A stretch of DNA of 62,980 nt, filler included, from 13 parts of 13 records of this genome joined end to end with filler, not necessarily neighbours in it; one strand, 5' to 3'. Positions 1 to 12,600 are shown, counted from the first letter of the whole stretch. Notes: generated by a model from the sequence alone, not told the origin. A program made the numbers and translations.

Positions 1-102
1 CCATTTGATTGTGCCGTGACTGTATTAACATTATACATATCAATAACTGAATGGAGCAACGGATGAACAGATGATTAGTATATATTACAATGTAGCAAAT
101 GA

Positions 103-1722
103 TTATTTACACACATATTCGATTTTTTTTGTTGTACATTTCTTACACTCGACTTCACAACACCAATGAAATTTACAGTGACACTCTTCCTCCACAACCT
201 TCTCCATCTTGGTATAACCTCTTCCACAACACAAAAGATCACAACCATTAAGCATTTGGCTATTGGGATCACATGTTCTGAAGGTTGTGCCAGGAAATCC
301 CAATCTTGCGTTTTGTTCGCAAAAATCTGGTGAATCTTTCAGATATATAAGATCCTTGTCCTCTGGTGCTTTTTCTTGTGTGTTTCTGGGCTTGATGACC
401 AGCTTATTTTTCTTGTCCTTATATCTGATTTTCACTTTTGTTGCCCCGTTAAACTTATCCTTCAAATGGTTGCCCACATGTCTAAAATCTCCCAATGCCC
501 TCCAGCAATACTTTAAAGCACAAGAAGCACTGACCCCATGACATTTACAGTTGAGACGCCTAGTATCCAGTAAGGACTAAACAATACAAAGGTGAATTAG
601 TTATAGATGGATGATTGGATGTCATCTTGTTTGTATGTATTGTTATATTGTATCTTATCAAGATGTAAACGCTAACTCTACGACCAGCTTCATTATTGTG
701 AAGGTTCATGATGTCTTTCTTTTCTATCCTAACTGGATCAACTTCATGAAAATCCACTGTATCAACAAAGTCCTTTGAAAACTCAATTCCATCTAGGGAT
801 CAAGTATTGATTAATAAAGCTTCAGAAATCGATATTTTGCCAGAAGCGTTACAGTATATTGCTAAGCGTCTTAAAATGAAGTAAATATTTATTCACACTA
901 TGAATACTTACAGGACACATCTTCTGAGCAGCCACCCCAAACAAAACTTTGGGCACTGTCTTTGTCTTGTATTGACTCAAATTCGGGAATTTCATGGATT
1001 TTTTGCTCGTGCATCGAAGTGTCACAACTGCAGCCCTTCAATTTGCCCTCGGTGCACGCCCTTGTGATTGCCCACCCTGTCAAAATGATCAATTCAATTT
1101 GAATTCATAGACAAATAATTATTGGGATAGGTAAATAAACACCACTTACCTACACCAGCTGCTGAAACTGCGTAAATATATGCTGTTTCTCTGGTTTCTA
1201 CAATTGATAAAAAAATTGTAACCTTTTATTAAAATTTAGCAAAATTTCATACTTAATTCAGACATTTTGCCAAAAACATCGGTGGAATTGGAAGTTGAGC
1301 AATTCCATCTTCTACTGCGGAATTGAAATTTACACTCTTCAATTCCCTGTCTGGCACCCTCAGCAACAGCTCCAATGACTCCTGTTTGTCTGTCGCAAAT
1401 TCTTCTTTGCTTGGGATTTAAAAATGCCATATTGTCACAAGACTCAATTCTAACTGTTAGTGAGTCATGAGTCAACTCATGACTCAATTCAGGGATTCCA
1501 TTTTCACCAATGATCACTTCTTTCTGGTAAAAATTTCCAGTGCTTTGAATCCCGAGGTACCTGAAGTTAATTATCTAATAAAGCTTCAAACAATTTTCTC
1601 ATATCGTAAATGTTCTCAACTTACCACCAACCACTTGAAAATGCATCAACTTGTGGTAAGAATGGTGAGGATATGATGAAGACAATTATTATTAGATTTT
1701 TTCTCAGCAAACTGCTCCTCAT
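103..1722 (-). CDS. Wnt: Wnt family ligand, complete, 6 exons (1722-1625, 1560-1253, 1197-1150, 1076-912, 792-677, 576-103); Wnt4/WntA/Wnt5-like, subfamily unresolved
   Basis: Signal peptide MRSSLLRKNLIIIVFIISS..WWYLG; motifs ECKFQFRSRRWNCST, TRETAYIYAVSAAG, WGGCSED, MNLHNNEAGR, CKCHGVSASC, CHCKFHWCCEVECKKC; all introns GT..AG and in phase. Confidence 0.96.
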
Positions 1723-2383
1723 GGTAGTTGCTAAGTCGAATATACGATCATAATGAGTATGATCCATACATAGTAAATACATAAATACATAATGTTGTAC
1801 CGTGGCTAACTACTCAGGCAAAGTTATACATATATTGGAAAAGGTTGCGCAAGCAGATTTGCCAACACAATAGTGCTATCGACGGAAATAAATACGGTAG
1901 GCAAACTCAGTAAAGAGGTGCCGCAATGGAGATTTTTGCCAAAAGGTATCTTTTGCTTACTTGGTTACTTATATGTAATTATGCTATGTTTCTTTCACCT
2001 AGTGAACGAATGAACAACAAAGAATGAACTACCTAAAAGGGTTGGTTTCCATAATCCTACCCAGTTACTACATAATAATAATCTCCCCACTTTAGCTGGG
2101 AGAGCAAATGAGCGAGAACTAGGTAGGCACTATATATAGTAAAATTATACCCTTCAGCTTATCAAAATAAAGATTATTACATTCCACAAATTTAATTAAG
2201 TTTACACAGAAGCAAAAGTTTCCCACAAGAAAACACTTTATTGTTGTGATCATCTTTTGACAAATAACATAACAGCTAATTACACATTTATGGTATCATG
2301 GATCATCAATAATCAAAACAAGAAGAATCCAACAACAACCAATAATGAAGAGAAAGAGAGAGTAAATAGGTACACAATAGCAA

Positions 2384-3350
2384 CTACTCGGTTGAACGAG
2401 ATTTCTTTACTACTTCCTTTCTTATTTGCTCCAAAATATCCTAAATAGATGAACTTTATTATGTCAGCTCCTCTCAGGTAAAAGAACAATTAATATTATT
2501 ATTTATTCAGTGAATGAACAATATTCACCTTTAGATCATTATAGCAAAGATAACCATCTTCATCGATAAATTCACCAACAGCTTTTGTGACTTCTTCATC
2601 TACCGTTTGATTGGATTCGCCATGTGTATATTCAACTTTCAAAGAGTACGTTGGCTCGAACTTTTTCAACGTGGAGAAAATTCGGAAGATGTTATCTGGA
2701 TCTAATCCAGTCACGTCGGATTCAACTGCGACCAAGAAGCAATTCTTTTCAACATACATAACATAGTAAGTCAGTATACAAGCCAACACGAAATACCTGA
2801 AAAACAAAACATTATTAGTGTTTAAATTTACTTACATTACCAAGGCGATACTCACACGTACTGTATAATGTACACACGCAAATTTTATCTGTACGATACA
2901 ACCAGATACCGTATGTGCATAACCAAGACTTCCTACGGCAAAGGAATATGTACACTTTATTATAAAGCCTCGATTGGTATATTGTAACCCAGAAAAGAAA
3001 ACACTAGATTGTAAAAAGATGTCAGTATTAATAATATTAGCGAAGGATACGAATATGCTGTTTAGCCACGTCACGTTATCAAGTACCAATAACGTATGGT
3101 CACCATACTGTAGGGTACAGTATGTACCTACACAAACCTAATGCACTGTACATCAGCTTATTCGTAATTTACAACAACGAAACTCATACCCTAGTACACA
3201 AATTATCAGCACCAATTTACTTTCTGGAAATGGCTTAATGTAGTCATAGCCCAACGCAATGAGTGCAATCAAACAAGCCATAATTGACAAGAATAATCTT
3301 CCATTAAACAACTTGTGTGATTCTTTCATCTTAAGGTCTTTCAGAAAGTA
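2384..3350 (-). CDS. SPCS2: Signal peptidase complex subunit 2 (SPC25); 5' exon(s) lost at contig end; exons 3350-3190, 2796-2529, 2440-2384
   Basis: GRLFLSIMACLIALIALGYDYIKPFPESKLVLIICVLGYFVL..EKNCFLVA..DVTGLDPD..STLKKFEPTYSL follows the SPCS2 pattern (DYxxPFPESKxVLxxCV; DPTGMDPD). Confidence 0.92.
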
Positions 3351-3441
3351 CTAAAAAGTAAATGACTTTTGCATCTTTACATATTTATAAACTTTACGTC
3401 ACAAAGCGTTCACAATATATATGTACGCAACGAGTAACTAA

Positions 3442-3541
3442 NNNNNNNNNNNNNNNNNNNNNNNNNNNNNNNNNNNNNNNNNNNNTTAATTAATTAANNN
3501 NNNNNNNNNNNNNNNNNNNNNNNNNNNNNNNNNNNNNNNNN
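3442..3541. other. Artificial contig-joining spacer, the first of 12 (others at 8098-8197, 13384-13483, 25511-25610, 31058-31157, 33289-33388, 35535-35634, 41067-41166, 46456-46555, 50744-50843, 54391-54490, 60711-60810)
   Basis: Every copy is 44 N + TTAATTAATTAA (stops in all six frames) + 44 N; genes are cut off at these junctions. Confidence 0.98.
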
Positions 3542-4075
3542 TAAAATATAAAAATTTGAAATTTAATAAAATATAAAGCCTTTAGGGAAGGTTCCAAGAC
3601 TTTTCTAGGTTTAGGTATCGCCTTTGTTCACATTCATCTATAAACTGTTCAAAACCTTTTAGAAGGACTCAGTCAGTACCATTTGTGAAAGCCTTGGCTG
3701 AAAGGCCAAAGGGTTTACTTTGCGTTTACCTAACACCTTAATTAATAATTCATAATAGAAGAGAAGCCGTAGTGTTATTTCAGTCTCATTATGCTTTATG
3801 GACTCGTGGTTATAGGATTAGGCTTGTTAGTCTTCCTGTACAGCATTTGGTAAAAGTGTACCTGCCTCATTACGTACCCCAGGTGCCATCTGTATCATAG
3901 AGAGTGTATAATAAGCCTGACTGTTCATTCGATGTTATGTGCACATCATCCCAATTTGATTGTATATTATGTTAATTTGAAATTGATTTGACGAATGAAT
4001 GTCATTTTCTCATGATTACGACGATTTAATTCATTTGAATTATGTCTAGCGTATAATATGCCACTTTTATTGTAG

Positions 4076-6651
4076 GGTTTTCTATGTTTCCCATGATTCT
4101 GAAGATCTTAAGATATTCAGCTATATTGCCAGAGAACAAGCAAGCAATACGTTTAAGTGCAATGTGTTCAAGTCAAACAAGAGGGTAAGGTCTTACCTCT
4201 TAATTAATAAAATAAGTCCTTTTATTTACTCATATTACGTAATGCCTATATATTGTTGTTTAATAAGTTTACCGATATTTGTGTATTAGACTAATAATCA
4301 AGCAATTTTGCGTAACAAGTTTATCGTTTATTGTGTAAATGTGTTTAGTTGTACGGTAATGTGTATATTAATGGTCGCGGCCATCTTGGATTTTCAGCCA
4401 ATCATCAATAGCTTTCATTCGAACTCTATGGTTGATTGGTTGAAAATCCAATATGGCGGCCACTATGACTACGAAAACTTCTGAAACTCGTTTCAATACA
4501 TATTCATGTTCAAATTGCATCATTTCTTGTAATTTTGTCAACTAGTTTATTACAAAATGTTGTAGAACCAAGCCATGCGTATTGTGCGTACCATTGGTCA
4601 AGCATTTGAAGTTTGTCATAGGATTAGTAGTCAGCAACAACAACTGCCAAACGCACAAAATTTATCGGTTTCTGAACAGCAATATCCTAGTGGCGGCAGT
4701 AGCAACATCGTGATAAAAGCAAACAACCAGGACGTGATGGATCTGATTGACATGGAAACGGAGAGCAATAGAAGTGCAAATGTCCATAAAATGAACAATT
4801 TGGAAAAATACGCAGGTGTTGCGGGTTAGTATGTAACAATTATTTTTAGAAATCATTAATTACTAGTGACATCTTTTAGGACCTCAATCTCACATTACCG
4901 ATTCTGGCATTGAAAGCAGCTCAGCTGCTGCTGCTGCCAATTTATTCATGGATGGGGTGAGTAATTTCGTTATTCCTTATGAATTCTTGACGAGGCTTTT
5001 CATTATATTAATGAGGTAATTTAATTAGCGAGGACAAAATGTCCCTGCGAGCATAACGGCAAGTATTGAACATCAACAGCATCAGCAACAAAGTCCGTTT
5101 CATCAAGCCAATTTTGCCAATGTTGGTGATGAGCAAATGCCTAAGCAGATGCAAATGTACCAGCAACAGTTAGAATTCTACCGACAGCAAACACAATTAG
5201 CAATCTCTCAAGTTCAAACTTTGAAGGAGCAGCTTCAGACCTCAACTAATGAAAAGCTGGATGCACAGGTATGTTTTGTGTATTATTAATGTGTCAAGTT
5301 TACGCGTGTATCACCTGCGTATTTGTATTGATTATTAATTTGCACGCAACATAATCCTTTTGTCATTAGGCTAGGATTAATCAGTTGTTGATTAATAACA
5401 AACAACTCTTGGATTATCTGAACCAAGTGGTCCATCAATATAACAGGATTTCGGCTACTCCATTTGTCCCACAGGGTATTGCTGGTGGTTCAATCCCAGT
5501 TTGGGCACAGAATGGCTTTCCCAGATCGGTACGTTCATTTATTGTCCGCAATATAATTTATTGCTTGAACATTTCTTGTTTACGATTTCTCCTTAGGGAA
5601 TTTCATCATGAGAGGCGCCATCTTAGATTTTAAACCAATGAAAATAGAAGTTGCTAAGCAACGTATTTTTATTGGTTAAAAATCCAATATGGCCGCATTC
5701 TAATGCAATTAACTCAATTCTTTAATAGGCGATGGCAAGCGGAAGCGGTAGGATTTTTAGAGATGAATCCGTGGATTCTGGTCATAAGGAAATGTCATCT
5801 GACAGCATTAGTTCTTCTTACCATCATCACCATCAACCCCATATTCACCATCAGCAGCAGCAGCAGCAGCACCAGCATCAACCGCAGCAGCATCAACCGA
5901 ATAATAATGACATGACTTTGTACAACTATCATCATGTTAATTATGGGCAATACGTTACTTCTAACGAACTACAAAAGTTAATTGCAGCAGGAGGAACAAA
6001 TAATAATCCTCTGAGTACCAATTACCATCCACAACATCAAAGCAACTCGGGAATTAATTCTATGACAAGTAGTAATAATCCAATTCCTTACGGAAGCAAT
6101 TCTTTTCAAGTTGATAAGCAGGTAAAGTATTTACTGCTGTCACGTGACCTATAAGTTCAACATATCGACATCTATTTTTGTAGTTGCCACCTATTCCACA
6201 TGGAATTACAGCGACTTCTACTGGACTTATGTTCCTAAATGGTGTCCCAATGACAAGTTCAATCTCAGCAGTTGTTCAAGGCCATACCAAGCCTGGTCCT
6301 CAAACAGTGGAAGTTCCGCCCTATAATCCTCCACCACCCTATCCTTCGTATTTAAAGCAGCAACAGAAAAATGTTAATAATAACGACAACAACAATTCTT
6401 TATCCACTCAAGCCACCAATAACAACAATAACATTAACAACAAACTTAATAACGATGTTGATGACAATGAGGATGACGAAGCTACATCTAAACAGATGGA
6501 CAATTTCTCCCTATCTGATGAGCAGGACATCGATGATGAACCCTCCAAATTTATCAGCCATGGTAAATCTGCTACGACACCAAATGGCCTCGGCCATGGC
6601 TATTTTCAGCAACAGCAACAACAGCAACGTTCGACCATCAACTCTACTTGA
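4076..6651 (+). CDS. NOS1AP: NOS1AP/CAPON (dyc-1-like) PTB-domain adaptor, multi-exon, 5' part missing
   Basis: FYVSHDSEDLKIFSYIAREQASNTFKCNVFKSNKR|NQAMRIVRTIGQAFEVCH (end of the CAPON PTB domain) plus coiled coil QQTQLAISQVQTLKEQL..LDAQARINQLLINNKQLL; Q/N/H-rich tail. Confidence 0.92.
4378..4461. mobile_element. Short palindromic MITE-like element in a NOS1AP intron (copy 1)
   Basis: GCCATCTTGGATTTTCAGCCAATCA...TGATTGGTTGAAAATCCAATATGGC imperfect inverted repeat; related copy at 5617-5692. Confidence 0.65.
5617..5692. mobile_element. Short palindromic MITE-like element in a NOS1AP intron (copy 2)
   Basis: GCCATCTTAGATTTTAAACCAAT...ATTGGTTAAAAATCCAATATGGC; same termini as 4378-4461 but a different core. 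Confidence 0.62.
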
Positions 6652-8067
6652 AAAAAGATTGTTGTAATGAAGTACAAATTAGGTTTCATATTTTTGTTTC
6701 CTGTTTAACGCGTTCTTGTAAACAACGTGAGAAAATTTCAGTCGCAACTTTGAGGACTTCACTTTTGTAGAAAAATTGACGTTATTAAATTTATGGTCGG
6801 TGACGATTTTTGCATTAAAATGCATCATGACCTTTGTAATTTATTAAATTGATAATGCCATCTTTTATTGATAATATTACGAACTTTGTGTTATAGAATA
6901 CAAAGACTTTTTTCGTTACATGTTATTTAACATTGATTATTATTAATAACAATGTATTCATTTTTTTCATCGTTGTATTTCATACCTATTATTATTAATT
7001 ATGCATTCTTTTTACGTAATCACGAAAATTTTACTTGAATAATTCATATTTAATAATAACATTTAGTTTGTAAAAGGTAGGATTATTATGTTCAATATCT
7101 AGTTTTAAAACACGAATTTTTGTACGTAGCGTACGTTACAGTACGTCTTACATAACGATTATATATTTACATAGGTTTCCATTTGTCACATTTACACTTA
7201 ACGAATTGTACTATATTCTTTGAATTTACTTGTCCGTTTTTAATGTATGTATGGTGTTTTGTCGTGCTTTAATGAAAAATACAGTAAATTTTATCGAAAA
7301 ACAAGTTTTTGGCAAAACTTTTTGCATGAAATGGTTTAAAACACGTTACTTTGGCATTGTTTTGCAAAAACTGTTTGATTTTCTTTGAAGTTTCTGTAAT
7401 CCGTGTTTTAATAATGACATACTTAAATTGTATTCACGTGATATCTTTAAATGCAAAACTAACGAATTGATTGTTCTTATTATTATTCGATATTTTTCTA
7501 GTCTACATTTGTCCCTGAGCATTACTCCTTACAATACTGTATAAGTTATGCATACTACTTTTTGCTTCCCCATGAATCAGATTCTTTTGTTGAAATTCAG
7601 TTTATCTTTACTATATTATCAATAAAATTCTGTACTCTTTATTGAATATGGATATATCAAATAGTATGAATCATACTATTATGATATTATTATCAAGTTG
7701 ATCATCATGAATACTGATCCAGATAAATTATAATATTGTGTATCATACTGTATGATTTATATGTAATATTCACTGTATAGTTTAATAAATTACCAATCTA
7801 TTCGATTATAAGATTAGGAAAAATTATTTAGCATACCTTATTACGTAATTAAATATAACAAAACGTACATACGTAACATTACTAAAAATATTTGTAAAAG
7901 GCAATTTTTAAGGGCTACATAATAAGACTTATATTATCGTTTGTACTGTACACAGTTTACGTGTATACATGGATACTATATACTGTTACAGTCTGTATAT
8001 TAATAATATATTATATTTATTTAAAATATATTATACACGATGTTACACTGTAAATTAATCTTCAATA

Positions 8068-8097
8068 GTCTCATGCGTATTATAATACGCATGAGAC
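8068..8097. repeat. Perfect 30-bp palindrome at a contig end
   Basis: GTCTCATGCGTATTA|TAATACGCATGAGAC. Confidence 0.85.
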
Positions 8098-8284
8098 NNN
8101 NNNNNNNNNNNNNNNNNNNNNNNNNNNNNNNNNNNNNNNNNTTAATTAATTAANNNNNNNNNNNNNNNNNNNNNNNNNNNNNNNNNNNNNNNNNNNNCTG
8201 TTGAGCTAATCCTCAATCGCTCACAGTGGTCCTCCACCCACTAAACTCTCACGCGGTAGTGTTTTTGGTGGTGTTTCTAAGAAA

Positions 8285-9607
8285 TTGAGTCCTTCCCAAT
8301 CGAGAGAACTCATTGCTTACTTTCAAGGCCTTACAGAAGAAGAGAAAATGGCTGTAATCCCACAGGGTGCTACCATAACAGTTGGCATGACAGTTTCCTT
8401 CCTGATTAACAACCCTGATATGCTTGCCTTATTCGTGGATAAATTGAACATAAGTGAAGTGTTCACAGCATTAAATGCTGTGAAGAAAATTGGCGAAACT
8501 ACCTTGGATGAAATTAGTGGTCATTTTCGAACCAGGAATTTGAATGGTCATCTTATTTTTAAAACTGCTAAAGCTGGTCAAGTATGGGATGCTCACCCAA
8601 AGGAAGAAATTATTAAACCAGTTATACTTGGCATGAACGAGCAAGAGAAAGCTTGTAAGAAGAAGTTTGTTGATGGGTATGGAGCCCCCCCAGATGAAGA
8701 CAAACATGAGAAGAGAAAAGTTGTGTGGAACAACTACAATGATGTTCATGGTATACCACCGTGGATTGCTATGTACAACGATTCTGATGGAAAGGATCCA
8801 AAAGCTTGGCATACATATATGGTGGCAGACCATTCGATACAGAGAGATAAATGCTTTTGGATTATCACTGATATATTCCAATTAACTACAAAAGTGAATG
8901 ATACTGCACTAAAGCTGAGTTCAGACCTGGTGGTCATTCACAGGAACATTGTTGACTGGAAGTCCCTCGAATTATTGTTTAATAACTTTATACAGACTGA
9001 TGGCCGCCTTGAAGCTGTAATCATCATCGTTCCTTGCTCACTGTACCTTGATGGTAGCGAATTGAAAGATGTTGTTAATGGACTGACCAACACTATGGAT
9101 AACTTCTGTTACAAGAATGGAAAAGCCATCAAAATGATTCTGATGCCTGCCTGGGTCAATGACATGAGTGGACAGTACTTCAAATGGAAACAAGTGAATG
9201 AGGTTCTTGAAGATATGGCAAAAAAGACTGCCAGACGTCGCCAAGTGTACCTAATGGATGCAATGCTTAAACCTGATGAGGAGAAATTGAAGGCCCAGGA
9301 CTGGAAGAGCCATAGTTATGCCGATCCGCAAATTGCTGGACTGAAATACATAAGAAACAATCCATTGAATGGCTATGTATTAACTCAACTAGTCAATATT
9401 TATTGGGGAGCAATCAGAATCTGTATTCAGAACATTAAAAATGGCCAAACCCTGACTTTGCATACCATACCTAACGAAGGAGGTAGGTTTGAAAATTATG
9501 TAAATTTTAACGAACTGTACAACAACTTTTCTAAATTTAGTGGCCAAAAGATCATATGGAGGAAAATCAAAGAGAAATTTCTATCCTTAAGCACCGGAAA
9601 GTGCTAG
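8285..9607 (+). CDS. LINE ORF1; C-terminal half possibly a degenerate SGNH/GDSL esterase-like fold; true start uncertain
   Basis: Intronless 440-aa frame directly upstream of ORF2; alternating pattern WIITD / AVIIIVPC / KMILMP / KQVNEVLEDMAK / VYLMD. Confidence 0.6.
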   Translation: MSPSQSRELIAYFQGLTEEEKMAVIPQGATITVGMTVSFLINNPDMLALFVDKLNISEVFTALNAVKKIGETTLDEISGHFRTRNLNGHLIFKTAKAGQVWDAHPKEEIIKPVILGMNEQEKACKKKFVDGYGAPPDEDKHEKRKVVWNNYNDVHGIPPWIAMYNDSDGKDPKAWHTYMVADHSIQRDKCFWIITDIFQLTTKVNDTALKLSSDLVVIHRNIVDWKSLELLFNNFIQTDGRLEAVIIIVPCSLYLDGSELKDVVNGLTNTMDNFCYKNGKAIKMILMPAWVNDMSGQYFKWKQVNEVLEDMAKKTARRRQVYLMDAMLKPDEEKLKAQDWKSHSYADPQIAGLKYIRNNPLNGYVLTQLVNIYWGAIRICIQNIKNGQTLTLHTIPNEGGRFENYVNFNELYNNFSKFSGQKIIWRKIKEKFLSLSTGKC

Positions 9608-9693
9608 GACACACAATCTGCTTCTGTTTCTTTTTTTAGTAATAATCATGTTTTTGAAAATTTTGAATTGTCTTTTTTGAAACTCTACTGCAT

Positions 9694-12600
9694 ATGACCA
9701 ATTATAAACAAAACCAAAATTTATCCGTAGTGTACACCAATATCTGAAGCTTATGCAAAAAGTATTGGAAGATACAATATCACATTGTTGCTTCTAATTT
9801 ATTCTTCATAACAGAATCGTAGTTGGCATCAAATATGAACTTTGCCGAAAGTGATCATACCTTTTGGAGACTTGATAGAACCAATGTACATGGAGGTATA
9901 TGTATTATTACATGAAATGATTTAAAAACTAAAATTTTTTTCAGCACAAACATGATACCGATCCAGTGCTTAGCAATTACAATGGCCAAGATGGTACTTG
10001 CATGCTTTTATATCTGAAGTGGTGTAAAAGAAGACGATTTGATGGAAGTTTTTGAGAAATTGCAAGACGAGATTGATCAAACCAACAAACAATTGGTTTT
10101 CATAACAGATGATTTTAATGAATGTGCCTTGACAAGCACAAGATTTCGTAATGTCATTACCTTTTTAGAAGATACTGGACTTGTGAATAGAACAGCCCCT
10201 GAAATCCGATATGGGAGCAAAGGGATAGACTGGGTTTTCGTCAATTTTAGCAAATTCACCTTGAGAAAACACAAGGTCTTACCAAAAAGATACAGCAACC
10301 ACTATTTGCAAACTATGCAATTGAAAACACGGCTAAATAAACTGGTTTCCACTTGACGAACCTCCTGGAAGTCTCTTGATAAACCGCAGCTCACTCAAGA
10401 CTTCAAACTTTACTATGGTGAGTTAATTGATTTCTTAGCAATGGATGATTGGATACTAACTGAACGAGATAGCACCTATATAGATGAATATTTAGATATA
10501 ATCAACATGTCACAGAAGAAGGCCCTTTTGGATCAATCTTTGAGTAAGGTGAAGGTAAATTCTGGCAATCACCAGCTATGGAAATTTGGGCAAGATGAAG
10601 AGGTAAAAAAAGCTAAAGTGAAGATACAAGCAGCAGTTACGGCTGGTGACAACAGCGCCAAAGAGTTTTGGGTAGGTGTCTTACTTAATATCAAAAATTT
10701 ACACAGACGAAAAATTTTGTCAGAAATACGTGACAACTGTCCTAAGAAATATTATTGCATCTTAGACAATTTAACAGGACAATTATGACAACAGAAACAT
10801 CGAATTGATGTAATTCAAGTGAATGGTCGCAAATACACAAAACTGGCTGAAATTGCCAACCATTTTTGTAAATACTATTCGAACATAGTTAAGACAATGT
10901 TAATTAACAGGAACTTAATTGTTCCAAAAATTAATTTGGACAAGTTCTTGAACACCGAACTATTGTTTATGAGGAGACTGACTATCAAAAGTACAGGTCT
11001 CAAAAAAATTGTTCAAAAAATTGATACTACAAAAGCAGGTCCTCCAGATAAACCTCCGAAATATATAATTAAAAATTTCTGGTTATATAATTTGGATGTA
11101 TTAGTACATATTGTACAGACTATGTTTAATACTAGATGCTTCCCATCTGAATGGAAAATCAGCTCAGTCACACCCTTGCATAAGGGTGGTGACAAAGAGA
11201 ACATGAAAAATTTTTGCCTGATTAGTCTCCTTGATAGCACCAGTCTGGTAGCAGAAAAAGTGATATTACAAGAGCTGAAGAAATTGGAACTGAAATTACT
11301 GCATATTGACCAATATGGGTATCGTACCCATATTGGTACCATGGACGCCTTGGTAAATGTGCAGCATTATGCCTTTAAAATGAAGCTAAAGCATAGATAT
11401 GTTGTTATAATCTCGCTTGACAGCAGTAAAGCGTTTGATTGCATTTCAGTTGAAAAGTTTATCACCATATTGCTAGACAGAGGCATTGATTACCAATTGG
11501 CACAATTGCTTTGGTCTTATTTAAGGGGAAGACAGATGGCAGTAACTATCCAAGATGAAAAATCGTATACACAAGACCTAGAATTTGGAACACCACAGGG
11601 TAGCTGTCTTGGTCCCTATCAATACAACATCTACCATAGTGATATGTTGAGCATGCAGGACACATGTTCTGCATGTGAAACAGATTGCTATGGTGAATGT
11701 GATTGCAATAAATTACAAACTTATGCTGATGATTCTTTGATTTTTAGTAGCCACCCCAATGCCAATGTTGCCCTCAATGCTGCTGAGGAAAAATTGAAAG
11801 AAATTTCAGGTTATATGAAAGATCAACAACTTATGCTTAACTCTGAAAAAACCCATTTGGCTATTTTACCCCCAGTTGGTGAACCAATGGAAGGTATATA
11901 CAAAATACATTTAGATGGACAGGATATTACTAATGTAAATTCATTTAAGTGTTTAGGTGGATATGTTGGTAAATTTCCTGATACTGAAGAACAACTTAAA
12001 GTAATATCTGACAGGATAAAGTATGGCATTCATTGAATAAATTAGGTGAATGAATTTGGTAAATTGCATGTAATAAGAGATTTATTTAATTCTTACATTC
12101 AACCACATTACTTAAATTCTACTTTTGTGTGGACTTCGGCTACTATTAAAAAACTAGCCACACATTATCGCATAATAGCTAAAAGAGTGTTAAATTTACC
12201 GAATTTTGTAAGCACTGCTGCCACTTTTTACATACTGAACATAGTTGATATTGAGAGCCACCTGATTTGGATTAAAGCAAGGTGGCTCTTAAAAGATCTT
12301 ATTAATAAAAAGCAAACACACTTTTTTTAGATCTATGGTGCAATAATGTAAAAAATCAAACACTCCAGCTGCATTTGGAAACTAATGATTACATAATGAA
12401 CAAAGCAAAGCTGCTCCTTAACAAAGAAGTCCTACAGAGAAATTCTACCTGGCAAAGCTGGAAAACAATAGGGCAGCTCAGTAAGAATGAGTTGCAATTC
12501 TTTTCAGATTGGACAATGGCCAACCTCACAGCCTGGAAAACCAAGAAGAGGAACACCAACCACCTAGATGCCCTGCAAGACACAGGCTTAAAAGACAACC

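Noticed and set aside
103-3350. SPCS2-Wnt linkage as conserved synteny with human SPCS2-WNT11 on 11q13
   Set aside because: This Wnt lacks Wnt11-type sequence (for example FADMRWNC); unsupported without a phylogeny
5820-5900. CAG/CAT microsatellite
   Set aside because: Ordinary coding poly-Gln/His low-complexity tract in NOS1AP
10819-12036. The RT as a retron, group II intron, DGR or telomerase
   Set aside because: Upstream APE endonuclease, ORF1 and a 3' simple-repeat tail identify a eukaryotic LINE
9694-12330. In-frame TGA codons as an alternative genetic code or selenocysteine
   Set aside because: Host genes here use TGA as a normal stop (6651, 25223, 58282), and accompanying missense changes fit CpG decay
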